Source of the DNA: Microcystis aeruginosa NIES-843
GTDB lineage: Bacteria > Cyanobacteriota > Cyanobacteriia > Cyanobacteriales > Microcystaceae
Assembly (NCBI RefSeq): GCF_000010625.1
Contig: NC_010296.1
Coordinates: forward strand, 2,190,001-2,222,000
DNA length: 32,000 nucleotides
Direction of reading: 5' to 3'
Below the pieces are notes generated by a model. It made no database searches and had not been told where the DNA came from. It was given only the letters and a program-made list of their open reading frames with translations. The position numbers and the translations under genes were made by a program. Position 1 is the first letter of the stretch. Each line of letters begins with the position of its first letter. Positions 1 through 8,062 of the stretch are shown in pieces.

Positions 1-1
1 C

Positions 2-619
2 CAAAGTAATTATAGTCAATCCCTAAAATCTGAATTTACCACCGCTTTAGGATTAGGAGGAGGTCAAGTGGTGAGTGAATTTGATCTATCTTCCCTCACT
101 TTTACCCCTTCTAAAAGCCTCCAACAAGCTCAACAGGAGGGAGCAAATCTAATCGCCCTTCTTGGGGATAGTGGAACCCTAGATAAGGCTTTGCAGGTGG
201 TTCAAATCAATGGTCAAAAATTACCGATTGTGGCGGGTGATGACGTTTATAGCCCCAAAACTCTGGATGTAGGCGGAAAAAATGCCCTTGGCATGATTGT
301 TGCTGTCGCTTGGCATTTGGCGGCTAATCCAAATAGTCCTTTTGTGAATAATTCCCGCCAATTGTGGCAAGGAGACGTAAATTGGCGCACCGTCACCGCT
401 TATGACGCTACCCAGGCTTTAATTGCTGGCATTAAGGCAGAATCTAGCCGAGAGGGAGTTCAACAGGCGTTAAGAAGCAGTGATTTTTCTGTTCCCGGGG
501 CGACTAATCCAGTGCGATTTTTACCGTCTGGCGATCGCAATCAATCCGTGCAATTAGTGGTAGTTAAACCCGGTTCTCGTTCTAGTTTTGGGGTAGATTT
601 TGTGCCAATTTCTCGATAA
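2..619 (+). CDS. C-terminal part of a periplasmic ABC-transporter substrate-binding protein (Leu/Ile/Val-binding-like, type I periplasmic binding fold); the 5' end lies upstream of the window
   Basis: The frame is open from nt 2 (QSNYSQSLKSEFTTALGLGGGQ precedes the GTG listed at 68), so the ORF-track start is a window-edge artefact. Sequence character (GDDVYSPKTL, AVAWHLAANPNSPF, WRTVTAYDATQALIAG) resembles LivK-type binding proteins. Confidence 0.6.
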   Translation, partial: QSNYSQSLKSEFTTALGLGGGQVVSEFDLSSLTFTPSKSLQQAQQEGANLIALLGDSGTLDKALQVVQINGQKLPIVAGDDVYSPKTLDVGGKNALGMIVAVAWHLAANPNSPFVNNSRQLWQGDVNWRTVTAYDATQALIAGIKAESSREGVQQALRSSDFSVPGATNPVRFLPSGDRNQSVQLVVVKPGSRSSFGVDFVPISR

Positions 620-688
620 AATGACAACTAAATCAAGATGAATTATAAGTAAGTAGTTATAATTAAATTGAAGATAGATTTTGCCTCT

Positions 689-760
689 GATCCCCCCTTA
701 ATCCCCCCTTAATAAGGGGGGTGCCGATCCCCCCTTAATCCCCCCTTAATAAGGGGGGTG
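689..760. repeat. Two tandem copies (period 37 bp) of GATCCCCCCTTAATCCCCCCTTAATAAGGGGGGTG, each containing a CCCCCCTTA-A-TAAGGGGGG hairpin
   Basis: Read directly: copy 1 at 689-723, copy 2 at 726-760. A partial copy (GATCCCCCCTTAATA) occurs at 30796-30810. Confidence 0.9.
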
Positions 761-788
761 TCTGAGAACTTTTAACACCTACCTACTT

Positions 789-1514
789 ATGTTAGAAACT
801 CCCCCTAAATATTCTGTTCTTGGTTTACCGGTTCATCTCCTCGATAACTACAGTCGTTGGTTAATCGATCGCCTCTATCAAGGTTTTGGTTCCCACGTTG
901 TCACTCTTAATGCAGAAATGGCAATGTTAGGGGAAAATGATGCCAAAGTAGCCCAAGTTATTCGGGAAGCAGATTTAGTTATTCCCGACGGCGCGGGGAT
1001 TGTTATTTACTTAAAATTAAGGGGTAAAAAACAAACCCGCTGCCCCGGTATTGAATTATCAGAATCCTTAATTACTGAGTTAGGAATGCAGGGAGAGAGT
1101 TTTCCTATTGCTTTTTTTGGTGGTCAACCGGGGATTACGGAAAAAGCGGCAAGTAATTGGCAAAAAAAGATACCTAATATCCGTATTCTGTCTAACCACG
1201 GTTATCTATCCTCCCAGGAAATGTCCGATTGGATCGAGGTGTTAAAAGATCAACAACCGCGGTTAATTTTAGTTGGTTTGGGAGTACCCCGACAAGAATA
1301 TTGGATTAGGGAACATCGATATCTCTGTCCCCAAGCTATCTGGGTAGGTGTGGGGGGCAGTTTTGATATCTGGTCCGGGACAAAAATCCGCGCCCCTCGC
1401 TTTTTCTGTGACAATAATTTAGAGTGGTTGTATCGACTCTATCAGGAACCTTGGCGCTGGAAAAGAATGTTAGCTTTACCTAAATTTTTCTGGCGCTCTC
1501 TTTTTTATTCCTAG
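789..1514 (+). CDS. WecB/TagA/CpsF-family glycosyltransferase (N-acetylmannosaminyltransferase-like)
   Basis: 241-aa ORF. VVTLNAEMAMLGENDAKVAQVIREADLVIPDGAGIV and LVGLGVPRQEYWI are characteristic of the WecG/TagA family. Confidence 0.85.
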   Translation: MLETPPKYSVLGLPVHLLDNYSRWLIDRLYQGFGSHVVTLNAEMAMLGENDAKVAQVIREADLVIPDGAGIVIYLKLRGKKQTRCPGIELSESLITELGMQGESFPIAFFGGQPGITEKAASNWQKKIPNIRILSNHGYLSSQEMSDWIEVLKDQQPRLILVGLGVPRQEYWIREHRYLCPQAIWVGVGGSFDIWSGTKIRAPRFFCDNNLEWLYRLYQEPWRWKRMLALPKFFWRSLFYS

Positions 1515-1523
1515 TAATAGTTA

Positions 1524-2117
1524 TTATAAATTCTTTTCGATAAAGGCAATCACTCGATCTAATCCTTCCCGTGTTTTTAAGTTGGTGAAGATAAAGGGTT
1601 TATCCCCGCGCATCTTTTTGGCATCTCTATCCATCACTCCTAAATCTGCCCCCACCATCGGGGCTAAATCTATTTTATTGATTACCAATAAATCCGATTT
1701 TGTGATACCCGGTCCCCCCTTGCGAGGGATTTTATCTCCGGCTGCCACGTCAATCACATAGATGGTTAAATCTACTAATTCGGGGCTAAAGGTTGCCGCT
1801 AAGTTGTCACCACCACTTTCCAGAAAAATTAGCTTTAAGTTAGCAAATTTTCTCTCTAACTGTTCAATGGCAACTAAGTTAATTGAGGCATCCTCGCGAA
1901 TAGCTGTATGGGGACATCCTCCCGTTTCTACTCCTAAAATTCTTTCCGGAGCTAAAGCTTGCGATCGCACTAAAAATTGGGCATCTTCTTGAGTATAAAT
2001 GTCATTGGTGACTACGGCGATCGGATATTGATCCCGCAAATTTTTACACAGGGCATCGAGCAGGGCTGTTTTTCCTGAACCCACCGGACCGGCAATTCCC
2101 ACGCGCAAGCAAGACAT
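1524..2117 (-). CDS. ureG: Urease accessory GTPase UreG
   Basis: P-loop [10 protein letters not shown], then [22 protein letters not shown] and INKIDLAP. Length of 197 aa is typical. Confidence 0.95.
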   Translation of the reverse strand: MSCLRVGIAGPVGSGKTALLDALCKNLRDQYPIAVVTNDIYTQEDAQFLVRSQALAPERILGVETGGCPHTAIREDASINLVAIEQLERKFANLKLIFLESGGDNLAATFSPELVDLTIYVIDVAAGDKIPRKGGPGITKSDLLVINKIDLAPMVGADLGVMDRDAKKMRGDKPFIFTNLKTREGLDRVIAFIEKNL

Positions 2118-2292
2118 AGTTTTTTCGGGAAAAAGTGAAAAGGAAAGGGTTAAAAATTTTGGGGCTATCCGATAGAAAAAAGAGGGGTTCGCAGGGCGAC
2201 ACGGATTCCCATTATAATAAAAGGTTAACGCAAATCTGAGAATTTGTCAAGCCTTTTTGTCAATAAATTTGGGGAAATCATCGACAAAAAGA

Positions 2293-2880
2293 TCACCAAA
2301 AGTCAGTGATTTGGTAGCCAAAATCCGTTAACATCTGCCTAAATAGGGGCAAACTTAAACCGATAACATTACTGTGACATCCCTCTAATCTTTCCACGAA
2401 TAGACCCCCCTTTCCTTCTAGGGCAAAACAGCCGGCACATTTGAGGGGTTCTTCGGTGTCAACGTAGGCAATAATTGTTTCATCGCTGATATTGGCAAAG
2501 TGAACTTTAGTGATCCCACAACGAGTCAAAGTTTGATTATTAACTCGATCGATTAAAGCATGACCTGTATAGAGTGTACCCACCTGACCGCGCATTTTTT
2601 GCCAACGCTCGATCGCTTCTGATTTATCCTTGGGTTTGCCATAGACTTCCCCCGCTACTTCTAAGACGGAATCGCAACCAAGAATCAATCCTGTATCAAA
2701 TTTAGGGGCGATCGTTTGCGCTTTACATTGGGCTAAAGTTTGGACAAGATGGAGAGTATCATCAGCATTAATTGTCGATTCATCAAAGTTACTCACCCGC
2801 ACAATCGGATCGATTCCCACCATTTGTAATAGTTTTTTGCGCGCAGGAGAAGCGGAAGCAAGAATCAAGGGAATGGACAT
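2293..2880 (-). CDS. maf: Maf-like nucleoside triphosphate pyrophosphatase (septum formation protein Maf family)
   Basis: [18 protein letters not shown] is the conserved Maf N-terminus. I start at the ATG at 2880 rather than 3000, because the upstream 40 codons translate a heptamer repeat ([12 protein letters not shown]). Confidence 0.85.
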   Translation of the reverse strand: MSIPLILASASPARKKLLQMVGIDPIVRVSNFDESTINADDTLHLVQTLAQCKAQTIAPKFDTGLILGCDSVLEVAGEVYGKPKDKSEAIERWQKMRGQVGTLYTGHALIDRVNNQTLTRCGITKVHFANISDETIIAYVDTEEPLKCAGCFALEGKGGLFVERLEGCHSNVIGLSLPLFRQMLTDFGYQITDFW

Positions 2881-2899
2881 AGTTTTTTCAGTAAAAAGA

Positions 2900-2956
<57 letters not shown>

Positions 2957-3017
2957 TAACTGATAAATGAAAAATCTCCCCAACCTGTAAAACCTAACAA
3001 TGCTATGGCAAAACCTG

Positions 3018-3428
3018 CTAGGAATTGGCAGGATTTTCGGGGGGAAAATAACGATCTAAAATCTCAACCATGCGCGATTGTCTTTCTTCCTTGTCAAATC
3101 GATTGTAAAAATCTGACTGAACCTCATAAAAATCCGACATCGATCGAGTTAATTGTCCTAGCAGTTGATAAAGTCCCCGTCTGTCTTTTTCCCATTCTTT
3201 TTTAGACTCAGCAAGACTATTAGTTAACGCTTCGATCGATTTGGCGTTAGAATTAGCGATCACTCTAGTTTCTTTTAATCCCTGATTGGTTTCCTGTAAT
3301 CCTAATTTAATCTCCTGTAATCCTAATCTAATCTCCTGTAGTCCTGATTTAATCTCCCGTAGTTCTGTTAGGGTATTTTCAGCAAGAGATTCGAGTCTAT
3401 CTAGTCTATTTTCTTCCGAGTTACTCAT
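3018..3428 (-). CDS. Hypothetical coiled-coil protein with heptad repeats (GLQEI[KR]L)
   Basis: 136-aa ORF with an ATG start. It contains a repeated [28 protein letters not shown] block encoded by 21-bp DNA repeats (about 3272-3376). I recognise no family. Confidence 0.55.
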   Translation of the reverse strand: MSNSEENRLDRLESLAENTLTELREIKSGLQEIRLGLQEIKLGLQETNQGLKETRVIANSNAKSIEALTNSLAESKKEWEKDRRGLYQLLGQLTRSMSDFYEVQSDFYNRFDKEERQSRMVEILDRYFPPENPANS

Positions 3429-3431
3429 ATT

Positions 3432-3473
3432 CAGTTACCGGTTATCAGTTATCAGTTATCAGTTACCAGTTAC
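3432..3473. repeat. Heptamer tandem array, 6 units of C(A/G)GTTA(C/T)
   Basis: Read directly: cagttac cggttat cagttat cagttat cagttac cagttac. It lies immediately 5' of the start codon of the 3018-3428 ORF. Confidence 0.9.
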
Positions 3474-3601
3474 CACTTCCCCACTGATTACTGACTCAGT
3501 AAGTAATCTCAATTAATTGTTAGATAATTGTTAGATAGTGGGACAGGCTTCTGGTTCTTTGTCTGTTATCTTTAATTGTAAACCGGCTACCTAGTTGATG
3601 A

Positions 3602-3672
3602 TAGGTGGTGCGTTACGACGGATTGTTACCTTGAAGTCAAAACAGGAATTTTTGCCGTCTAACGCACCCTAC
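3602..3672. repeat. Imperfect inverted repeat (TAGGTGGTGCGTTACGACGG ... CCGTCTAACGCACCCTA), a small palindromic element
   Basis: Arms of about 20 nt separated by about 33 nt. It shares TAACGCACCCTAC-type termini with the elements at 13789-13853 and 30765-30792. It lies just 3' of the psbP-like gene. Confidence 0.7.
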
Positions 3673-3700
3673 ATTTTACTATTGCCTGTGGCCTATTTCC

Positions 3701-4249
3701 CTAACTAACCGAGAAAGAATCAACGATAGTTTCAAAGAGTTCTTGAATTTGCGTCCAACGTTTTTGGGAAGTGGAAAGATTAAAAGAATAGAGTTTATTA
3801 TTATTAACCGTGACGCTGGCCAGATTATGACGTTCTTGGCCGTTGGCTAATTTAACTTGATATTCGAGGATATAATAATCTTGACCGTCGATTTGATGAG
3901 ATTCTGAGCGAATTAATTCTACTTCCTTATCGAGATTGGGGTTAAGACTGTTATTTTTCAGGAGACGATAGCCCACTTCCGAGGGTGTCCCTAAATCTGT
4001 TAAGGTTTTATTGTCGGGGATGGGATTGATAATAACGCTTAAATTTTCGCTCGTTTCGATCAGGTCATGAAAAACCACATCTACTCCTGCAACTTTTTTC
4101 ACATCCACCTGCGTCCAACCCTTAGGATATAAAAATTGATAGCCTTGGCTGCCACTGGTGTATCCTTGCAGTCCAGCGATGGGAGTTGCACAACCGGTTA
4201 AGAGGAGGGTGGTAATTAGGAGGAAAGTCGCCAAAAGAGATTTAATCAT
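3701..4249 (-). CDS. psbP: PsbP-family photosystem II lipoprotein (CyanoP)
   Basis: Lipobox signal LLLTGC. GYQFLYPKGWTQVDVK, ENLSVIINPI and LTDLGTPSEVGYRLL match the PsbP/CyanoP pattern. Confidence 0.85.
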   Translation of the reverse strand: MIKSLLATFLLITTLLLTGCATPIAGLQGYTSGSQGYQFLYPKGWTQVDVKKVAGVDVVFHDLIETSENLSVIINPIPDNKTLTDLGTPSEVGYRLLKNNSLNPNLDKEVELIRSESHQIDGQDYYILEYQVKLANGQERHNLASVTVNNNKLYSFNLSTSQKRWTQIQELFETIVDSFSVS

Positions 4250-4311
4250 GATATTTTGACCTGTGAGTAGGGCTGTTTAATTTTACCTTGAATTGTTTAG
4301 GTGAACGGATT

Positions 4312-5094
4312 ATGAAAATTAAGAAAAAATTGACAATTATTATAGCTATAGCGACTTTTTTACTGACTATCTCTCCCCTAAGCGCTCAAACTACCGCTAA
4401 CCCCGTGAAGGCTGTAGAATTTTATAATCGGGGGGTGGATCGTTTAACCGCAGGGGATTACTCAGGGGCGATCGCTGATTTTACTCAAGCTCTACAATTA
4501 GAGCCGAAGGATGCCGATGCTTACTATAATCGCGGCTATGCGGAATTAGTTCTCGGCCAGTACGAGCGAGCGATCGCAGATTATACCCAGGCCTTGACAA
4601 TCAACTCTAATTATGTTAATGCTCTCGGTAATCGTTGTTATGTGCATTATCTGACGAAAAAATACGAGGCAGCGGTGGAAGATTGCACAAAAGCGATCGC
4701 TTTAAACGGAAATTTTGCTGATTTCTTTATTTATCGCGGTAATGCTAAGGATGACTTGGGAAGACACCTAGAAGCGATCGAGGATTACACAAAAGCTTTG
4801 AGTTTACAGGGAACTAGAGGACAGGATCGCATTTTCTATAATCGCGCTCTAGCCCATAACCGAGCCGGACAGCAGGAAATGGCTTTAAGGGACTATAATG
4901 AGAGTCTGAAAATTAATGCTAATTTTGCCGAAGCGTACCACAATCGGGGTTTGACCTATTATAAATTGGGAAACAGGGAAAAAGCGATCGCTGATTTAGA
5001 GGAAGCGGCCCGTCTAGCGTTATCTCAGGGTAAACAGGGGACTGCGGCTAAGTCTCAGTCAGCAGTGGCATTAATTCAGGGTCAAAAGCCTTAA
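4312..5094 (+). CDS. Secreted tetratricopeptide-repeat (TPR) protein
   Basis: Signal-like N-terminus MKIKKKLTIIIAIATFLLTISPLSAQ. About 6 TPR units of the form A..Y.RG......Y..AI.DY..AL. The ATG at 4312 is preferred over the TTG at 4288. Confidence 0.85.
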   Translation: MKIKKKLTIIIAIATFLLTISPLSAQTTANPVKAVEFYNRGVDRLTAGDYSGAIADFTQALQLEPKDADAYYNRGYAELVLGQYERAIADYTQALTINSNYVNALGNRCYVHYLTKKYEAAVEDCTKAIALNGNFADFFIYRGNAKDDLGRHLEAIEDYTKALSLQGTRGQDRIFYNRALAHNRAGQQEMALRDYNESLKINANFAEAYHNRGLTYYKLGNREKAIADLEEAARLALSQGKQGTAAKSQSAVALIQGQKP

Positions 5095-5168
5095 AATAGG
5101 GAGTAGTTGTGATATTAGCGGTAAAGAGGAGTGAAAGGGGCTAAATCGCAACTACGAGGGACTAAATT

Positions 5169-5348
5169 TTAGCCAGCTTGGGATGCGTAAAAAGCGACGG
5201 CTAACAGTCCACCGACAAGTGTGATCGCAGCAACGCCCCAGACAAGATAATTACGTTGTTGCGATTTAGTGGGGGGAGCCGCTTGATAAACTTTCGGTTC
5301 GGCGGCGAAATTATTTAAGCGTCCACCTTCTTCGTTTGTATAAGGCAT
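5169..5348 (-). CDS. Small single-helix protein resembling the Ssl1498/Psb34 light-harvesting-like family
   Basis: MPYTNEEGGRLNNFAAEPKVYQAAPP followed by one TM helix (LVWGVAAITLVGGLLAVAFY). ATG at 5348 with GAGG about 10 nt upstream; the TTG at 5354 is rejected. Family recalled from memory, not searched. Confidence 0.55.
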   Translation of the reverse strand: MPYTNEEGGRLNNFAAEPKVYQAAPPTKSQQRNYLVWGVAAITLVGGLLAVAFYASQAG

Positions 5349-5431
5349 AATCAAAACCTCAAATATGACAATTTTTCAGGAAAAAAATCCTCTTATTACA
5401 ATACTACAACATATTAGTAACCGAGTCGGGG

Positions 5432-5563
5432 ATGTGGGAAATTCTCACGGGGATAACAATTCTTAGTCTGGGGGTAACTGCCGGACTCTGCTACTTTTAT
5501 TGGCGATCGCATTGCCAAGGATTGCAACTGCGAAAACAAGTTAAAAAAAGTCAATCATACTAA
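5432..5563 (+). CDS. Possible 43-aa single-TM micro-protein (below the ORF-track cut-off)
   Basis: ATG...TAA ORF translated by hand: MWEILTGITILSLGVTAGLCYFYWRSHCQGLQLRKQVKKSQSY. Hydrophobic helix followed by a basic tail. No recognised family and no clear SD. Confidence 0.25.
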   Translation: MWEILTGITILSLGVTAGLCYFYWRSHCQGLQLRKQVKKSQSY

Positions 5564-5600
5564 ATCCGTTTTTAAGTAGTTGGACAAAAGTAAAGTTAAC

Positions 5601-5637
5601 TGTGGGGTAAGGAGTCGGTCGTCAGGAGTCGGTCGTC
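5601..5637. repeat. TGTGGGG unit followed by 2 x 14-bp AGGAGTCGGTCGTC (heptamer-based module)
   Basis: Read directly. The same GGAGTCGGTCGTC module recurs at 18616-18672 and, inverted, at 28288-28308. Confidence 0.85.
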
Positions 5638-5703
5638 AGTAAGAATTGCGGCAATTTACATTTCTTAAGATAGACAACAGAATTTATGTCCGACTACTTA
5701 ATA

Positions 5704-6753
5704 CTAGAATAACGAGCCTTGAATATAAGTATTGCTTCTTTCTTTTTTAAATCTTTTAAATCTCTCTGCAGCTATCTCGCAATAGTCTGGTCGAATTTCA
5801 AAACCCACAAAAATTCTTCCTAATCCCAAGGCCGCTATTCCCGTGGAACAAGAACCAGCAAAGGGATCAAGAATTATTTCTACCGGATTAGATGAAGCTT
5901 GTATAATTCTCTCGACAATTGCTAAAGGAAATTGTGCGGGATGTCCAGTTCTTTCCTTAGAACTGCGCTTTTCTCCTGTAGTGACTTTAGGAACTTCCCA
6001 CACATCAGAAGGATTTTTACCGAGGGGATTACAACGATATTTACCATTTTTCTTTTGATTGGGATACTTAACGTTAGGGTCACGAATATTGTCTAAGTTA
6101 AAAGTATATTCTTGGCAATTTTTGAGATAAAAAAGCCATTTTTCATTGCGAGGACTAAGACGATTTTTTGTAGAAACACCTGCCCCATATTTCCAGACAA
6201 TTTCTTGTAAAAGATAAAAGGGAGACTTATCCCAAAGAAGATAGGGAATCGGAACACATAATCCCTTTTCTGGTACTTCTAAATAACCAACATTTAGCCA
6301 CAAAGCACCGTTATCTTGAGTAATCTGATAAATTTGCCGCAGCCAATTAGCACACCAATCAACATAGTCATTGATTGAAAGAACTCGTTCATATTCTTTG
6401 CCAATATTATAAGGTGGTGATGTAACAGTGAGGTCAATTTTTATGTCACTATGAGATAGTTTAGACAAAAAGTCTGTGGCATCTCCTTGATAAAGAATAA
6501 AGCCGTTGTCCGAGTAAAAAGGTTGACCAAGATGACTAACCAGAATTTCTTTAAGAAAATTAAATTTGTTGGCTCTATCTTTTTCTAACTCTGGAGAAAA
6601 TGGCTGTAGTAAGGAGGAAGGAGCAATCTGAGTTGATTGATGATCAACAATTCCCTCTGCTAGATAAGAGTTTTGTTCCTTGCTGGCAATTGGACGAGAC
6701 TCATCTTCCCTAGACGATAGTTTTTTTTGTTTCCGCTGGGACTCTACAACCAT
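5704..6753 (-). CDS. DNA methyltransferase, beta-class N4-cytosine/N6-adenine type (pfam01555-like)
   Basis: Catalytic motif IV TSPPYNIGKEY lies N-terminal to the AdoMet motif I ILDPFAGSCSTGIAALGLGRIFVGFEI, which is the beta-class order. An N-terminal region of about 75 aa has no recognisable similarity. Confidence 0.85.
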   Translation of the reverse strand: MVVESQRKQKKLSSREDESRPIASKEQNSYLAEGIVDHQSTQIAPSSLLQPFSPELEKDRANKFNFLKEILVSHLGQPFYSDNGFILYQGDATDFLSKLSHSDIKIDLTVTSPPYNIGKEYERVLSINDYVDWCANWLRQIYQITQDNGALWLNVGYLEVPEKGLCVPIPYLLWDKSPFYLLQEIVWKYGAGVSTKNRLSPRNEKWLFYLKNCQEYTFNLDNIRDPNVKYPNQKKNGKYRCNPLGKNPSDVWEVPKVTTGEKRSSKERTGHPAQFPLAIVERIIQASSNPVEIILDPFAGSCSTGIAALGLGRIFVGFEIRPDYCEIAAERFKRFKKERSNTYIQGSLF

Positions 6754-6990
6754 AATCTCAAAGGACAGGTAAGTATTTTGATAGTTTTAATTATGCCCTT
6801 ATTTTACCAAAATATCACTGGAGTTGTGCTTAATTTAATAACTTTTGTAATCATTCTCCTTCCCTTACCCTGGATGGGGGGGGTAAAACCCCACCAAGAG
6901 TTAAAGATTGACTGATAAAGCAGCGAGTTTTCCTTGAAAAATCTCAACTGAGTAGATTGGATAATTAGGAGATGCACCCGAAAATTATCC

Positions 6991-8001
6991 CTAAAATGGT
7001 GGTAAATAACCCATGGCATTTTTGACTCGATCGAGAGTTTGATTGGCCACCGCTTCTGCTTTGAGACGACCTTGCCGCAAAACTGTGGCTAAATAATCTT
7101 TATCCTCTCTAATTTGAGCGTATTTTTCCCGAATAGGTTTCAGAGATTCTATGGTGACTTCTGTTAACATCGGTTTAAATTGTCCCCAACCTAAATCGGC
7201 ACATTCTCCCCCGACTACCTCTTTACTTTTTCCCGATAAAATGCTATAGAGAGTTAATAAATTATGGCATTCGGGACGTTCTGGATCATCGAAAGTTAAA
7301 CCCTTAACTAGATCGGTTTTACAGCGTTTAATTTTCTTGGCAATGACATCAGGACTATCGAGAATATTAATCCGACTCATCTCGGAAGGATCGGATTTAG
7401 ACATTTTATTCCGGCCATCGGTTAAACTCATCACCCGCGCTCCTTCCTTGCGGATCATCGGATCAGGAAGTTTTAAAATTGGTTGTTTCGGTTGCCCAAA
7501 AAGATGATTAATTCTAACGGCTATATCGCGGGTTAATTCTAAATGTTGTTTTTGATCTTCTCCCACGGGTACTTTATCGGCATCGTAGAGTAGGATATCG
7601 GCAGCCATCAGCACGGGATAATCGAGTAAACCTGTGCCAACATTTTCCCCCTGTTTAATCGCTTTTTCTTTAAATTGAATCATATCGGTTAACCAATTTA
7701 AAGGGGTGATACAATTCAATAACCAAGTTAATTCCGTATGGGCCTTAACGTGGGATTGGACAAAGATAGTCGCGTATTCTAAATCAATTCCGCAGGCTAA
7801 ATATAAAGCGGCAATTGCTAAAGTATCCTCCGCAAGAGTGGCGGGATTATGGGGAACGGTGATCGCGTGTAAATCGACCACACAAAAGAAATTATCGTAG
7901 TCTTTTTGTCCCTCCACCCAATTGCGGATCGCACCGAGATAATTGCCTAAATGTAAATTGCCGGTTGGTTGCACACCAGATAAGATTCTTTGTTTACCCA
8001 T
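6991..8001 (-). CDS. trpS: Tryptophan--tRNA ligase
   Basis: SGVQPTGNLHLGNYLGAI (HIGH region) and KMSKS are both present. 336 aa. Confidence 0.95.
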   Translation of the reverse strand: MGKQRILSGVQPTGNLHLGNYLGAIRNWVEGQKDYDNFFCVVDLHAITVPHNPATLAEDTLAIAALYLACGIDLEYATIFVQSHVKAHTELTWLLNCITPLNWLTDMIQFKEKAIKQGENVGTGLLDYPVLMAADILLYDADKVPVGEDQKQHLELTRDIAVRINHLFGQPKQPILKLPDPMIRKEGARVMSLTDGRNKMSKSDPSEMSRINILDSPDVIAKKIKRCKTDLVKGLTFDDPERPECHNLLTLYSILSGKSKEVVGGECADLGWGQFKPMLTEVTIESLKPIREKYAQIREDKDYLATVLRQGRLKAEAVANQTLDRVKNAMGYLPPF

Positions 8002-8062
8002 AACTCTTGCGATCGCTTTTTATCATGATTTCATTGTATCAGTTTTTGCGGGTAATTTCATC

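Noticed and set aside
1524-2117. ureG isolated from all other urease genes, considered as a possible anomaly
   Set aside because: Dispersed urease structural and accessory genes are the norm in unicellular cyanobacteria such as Synechocystis, so a solitary ureG is not unusual.
6727-7019. Small ORFs (62 and 71 aa) in the methyltransferase-trpS spacer
   Set aside because: They overlap each other and the ends of the flanking genes, and have low-complexity hydrophobic translations with no motifs. The region is more likely the methyltransferase promoter region and the trpS 3' region.
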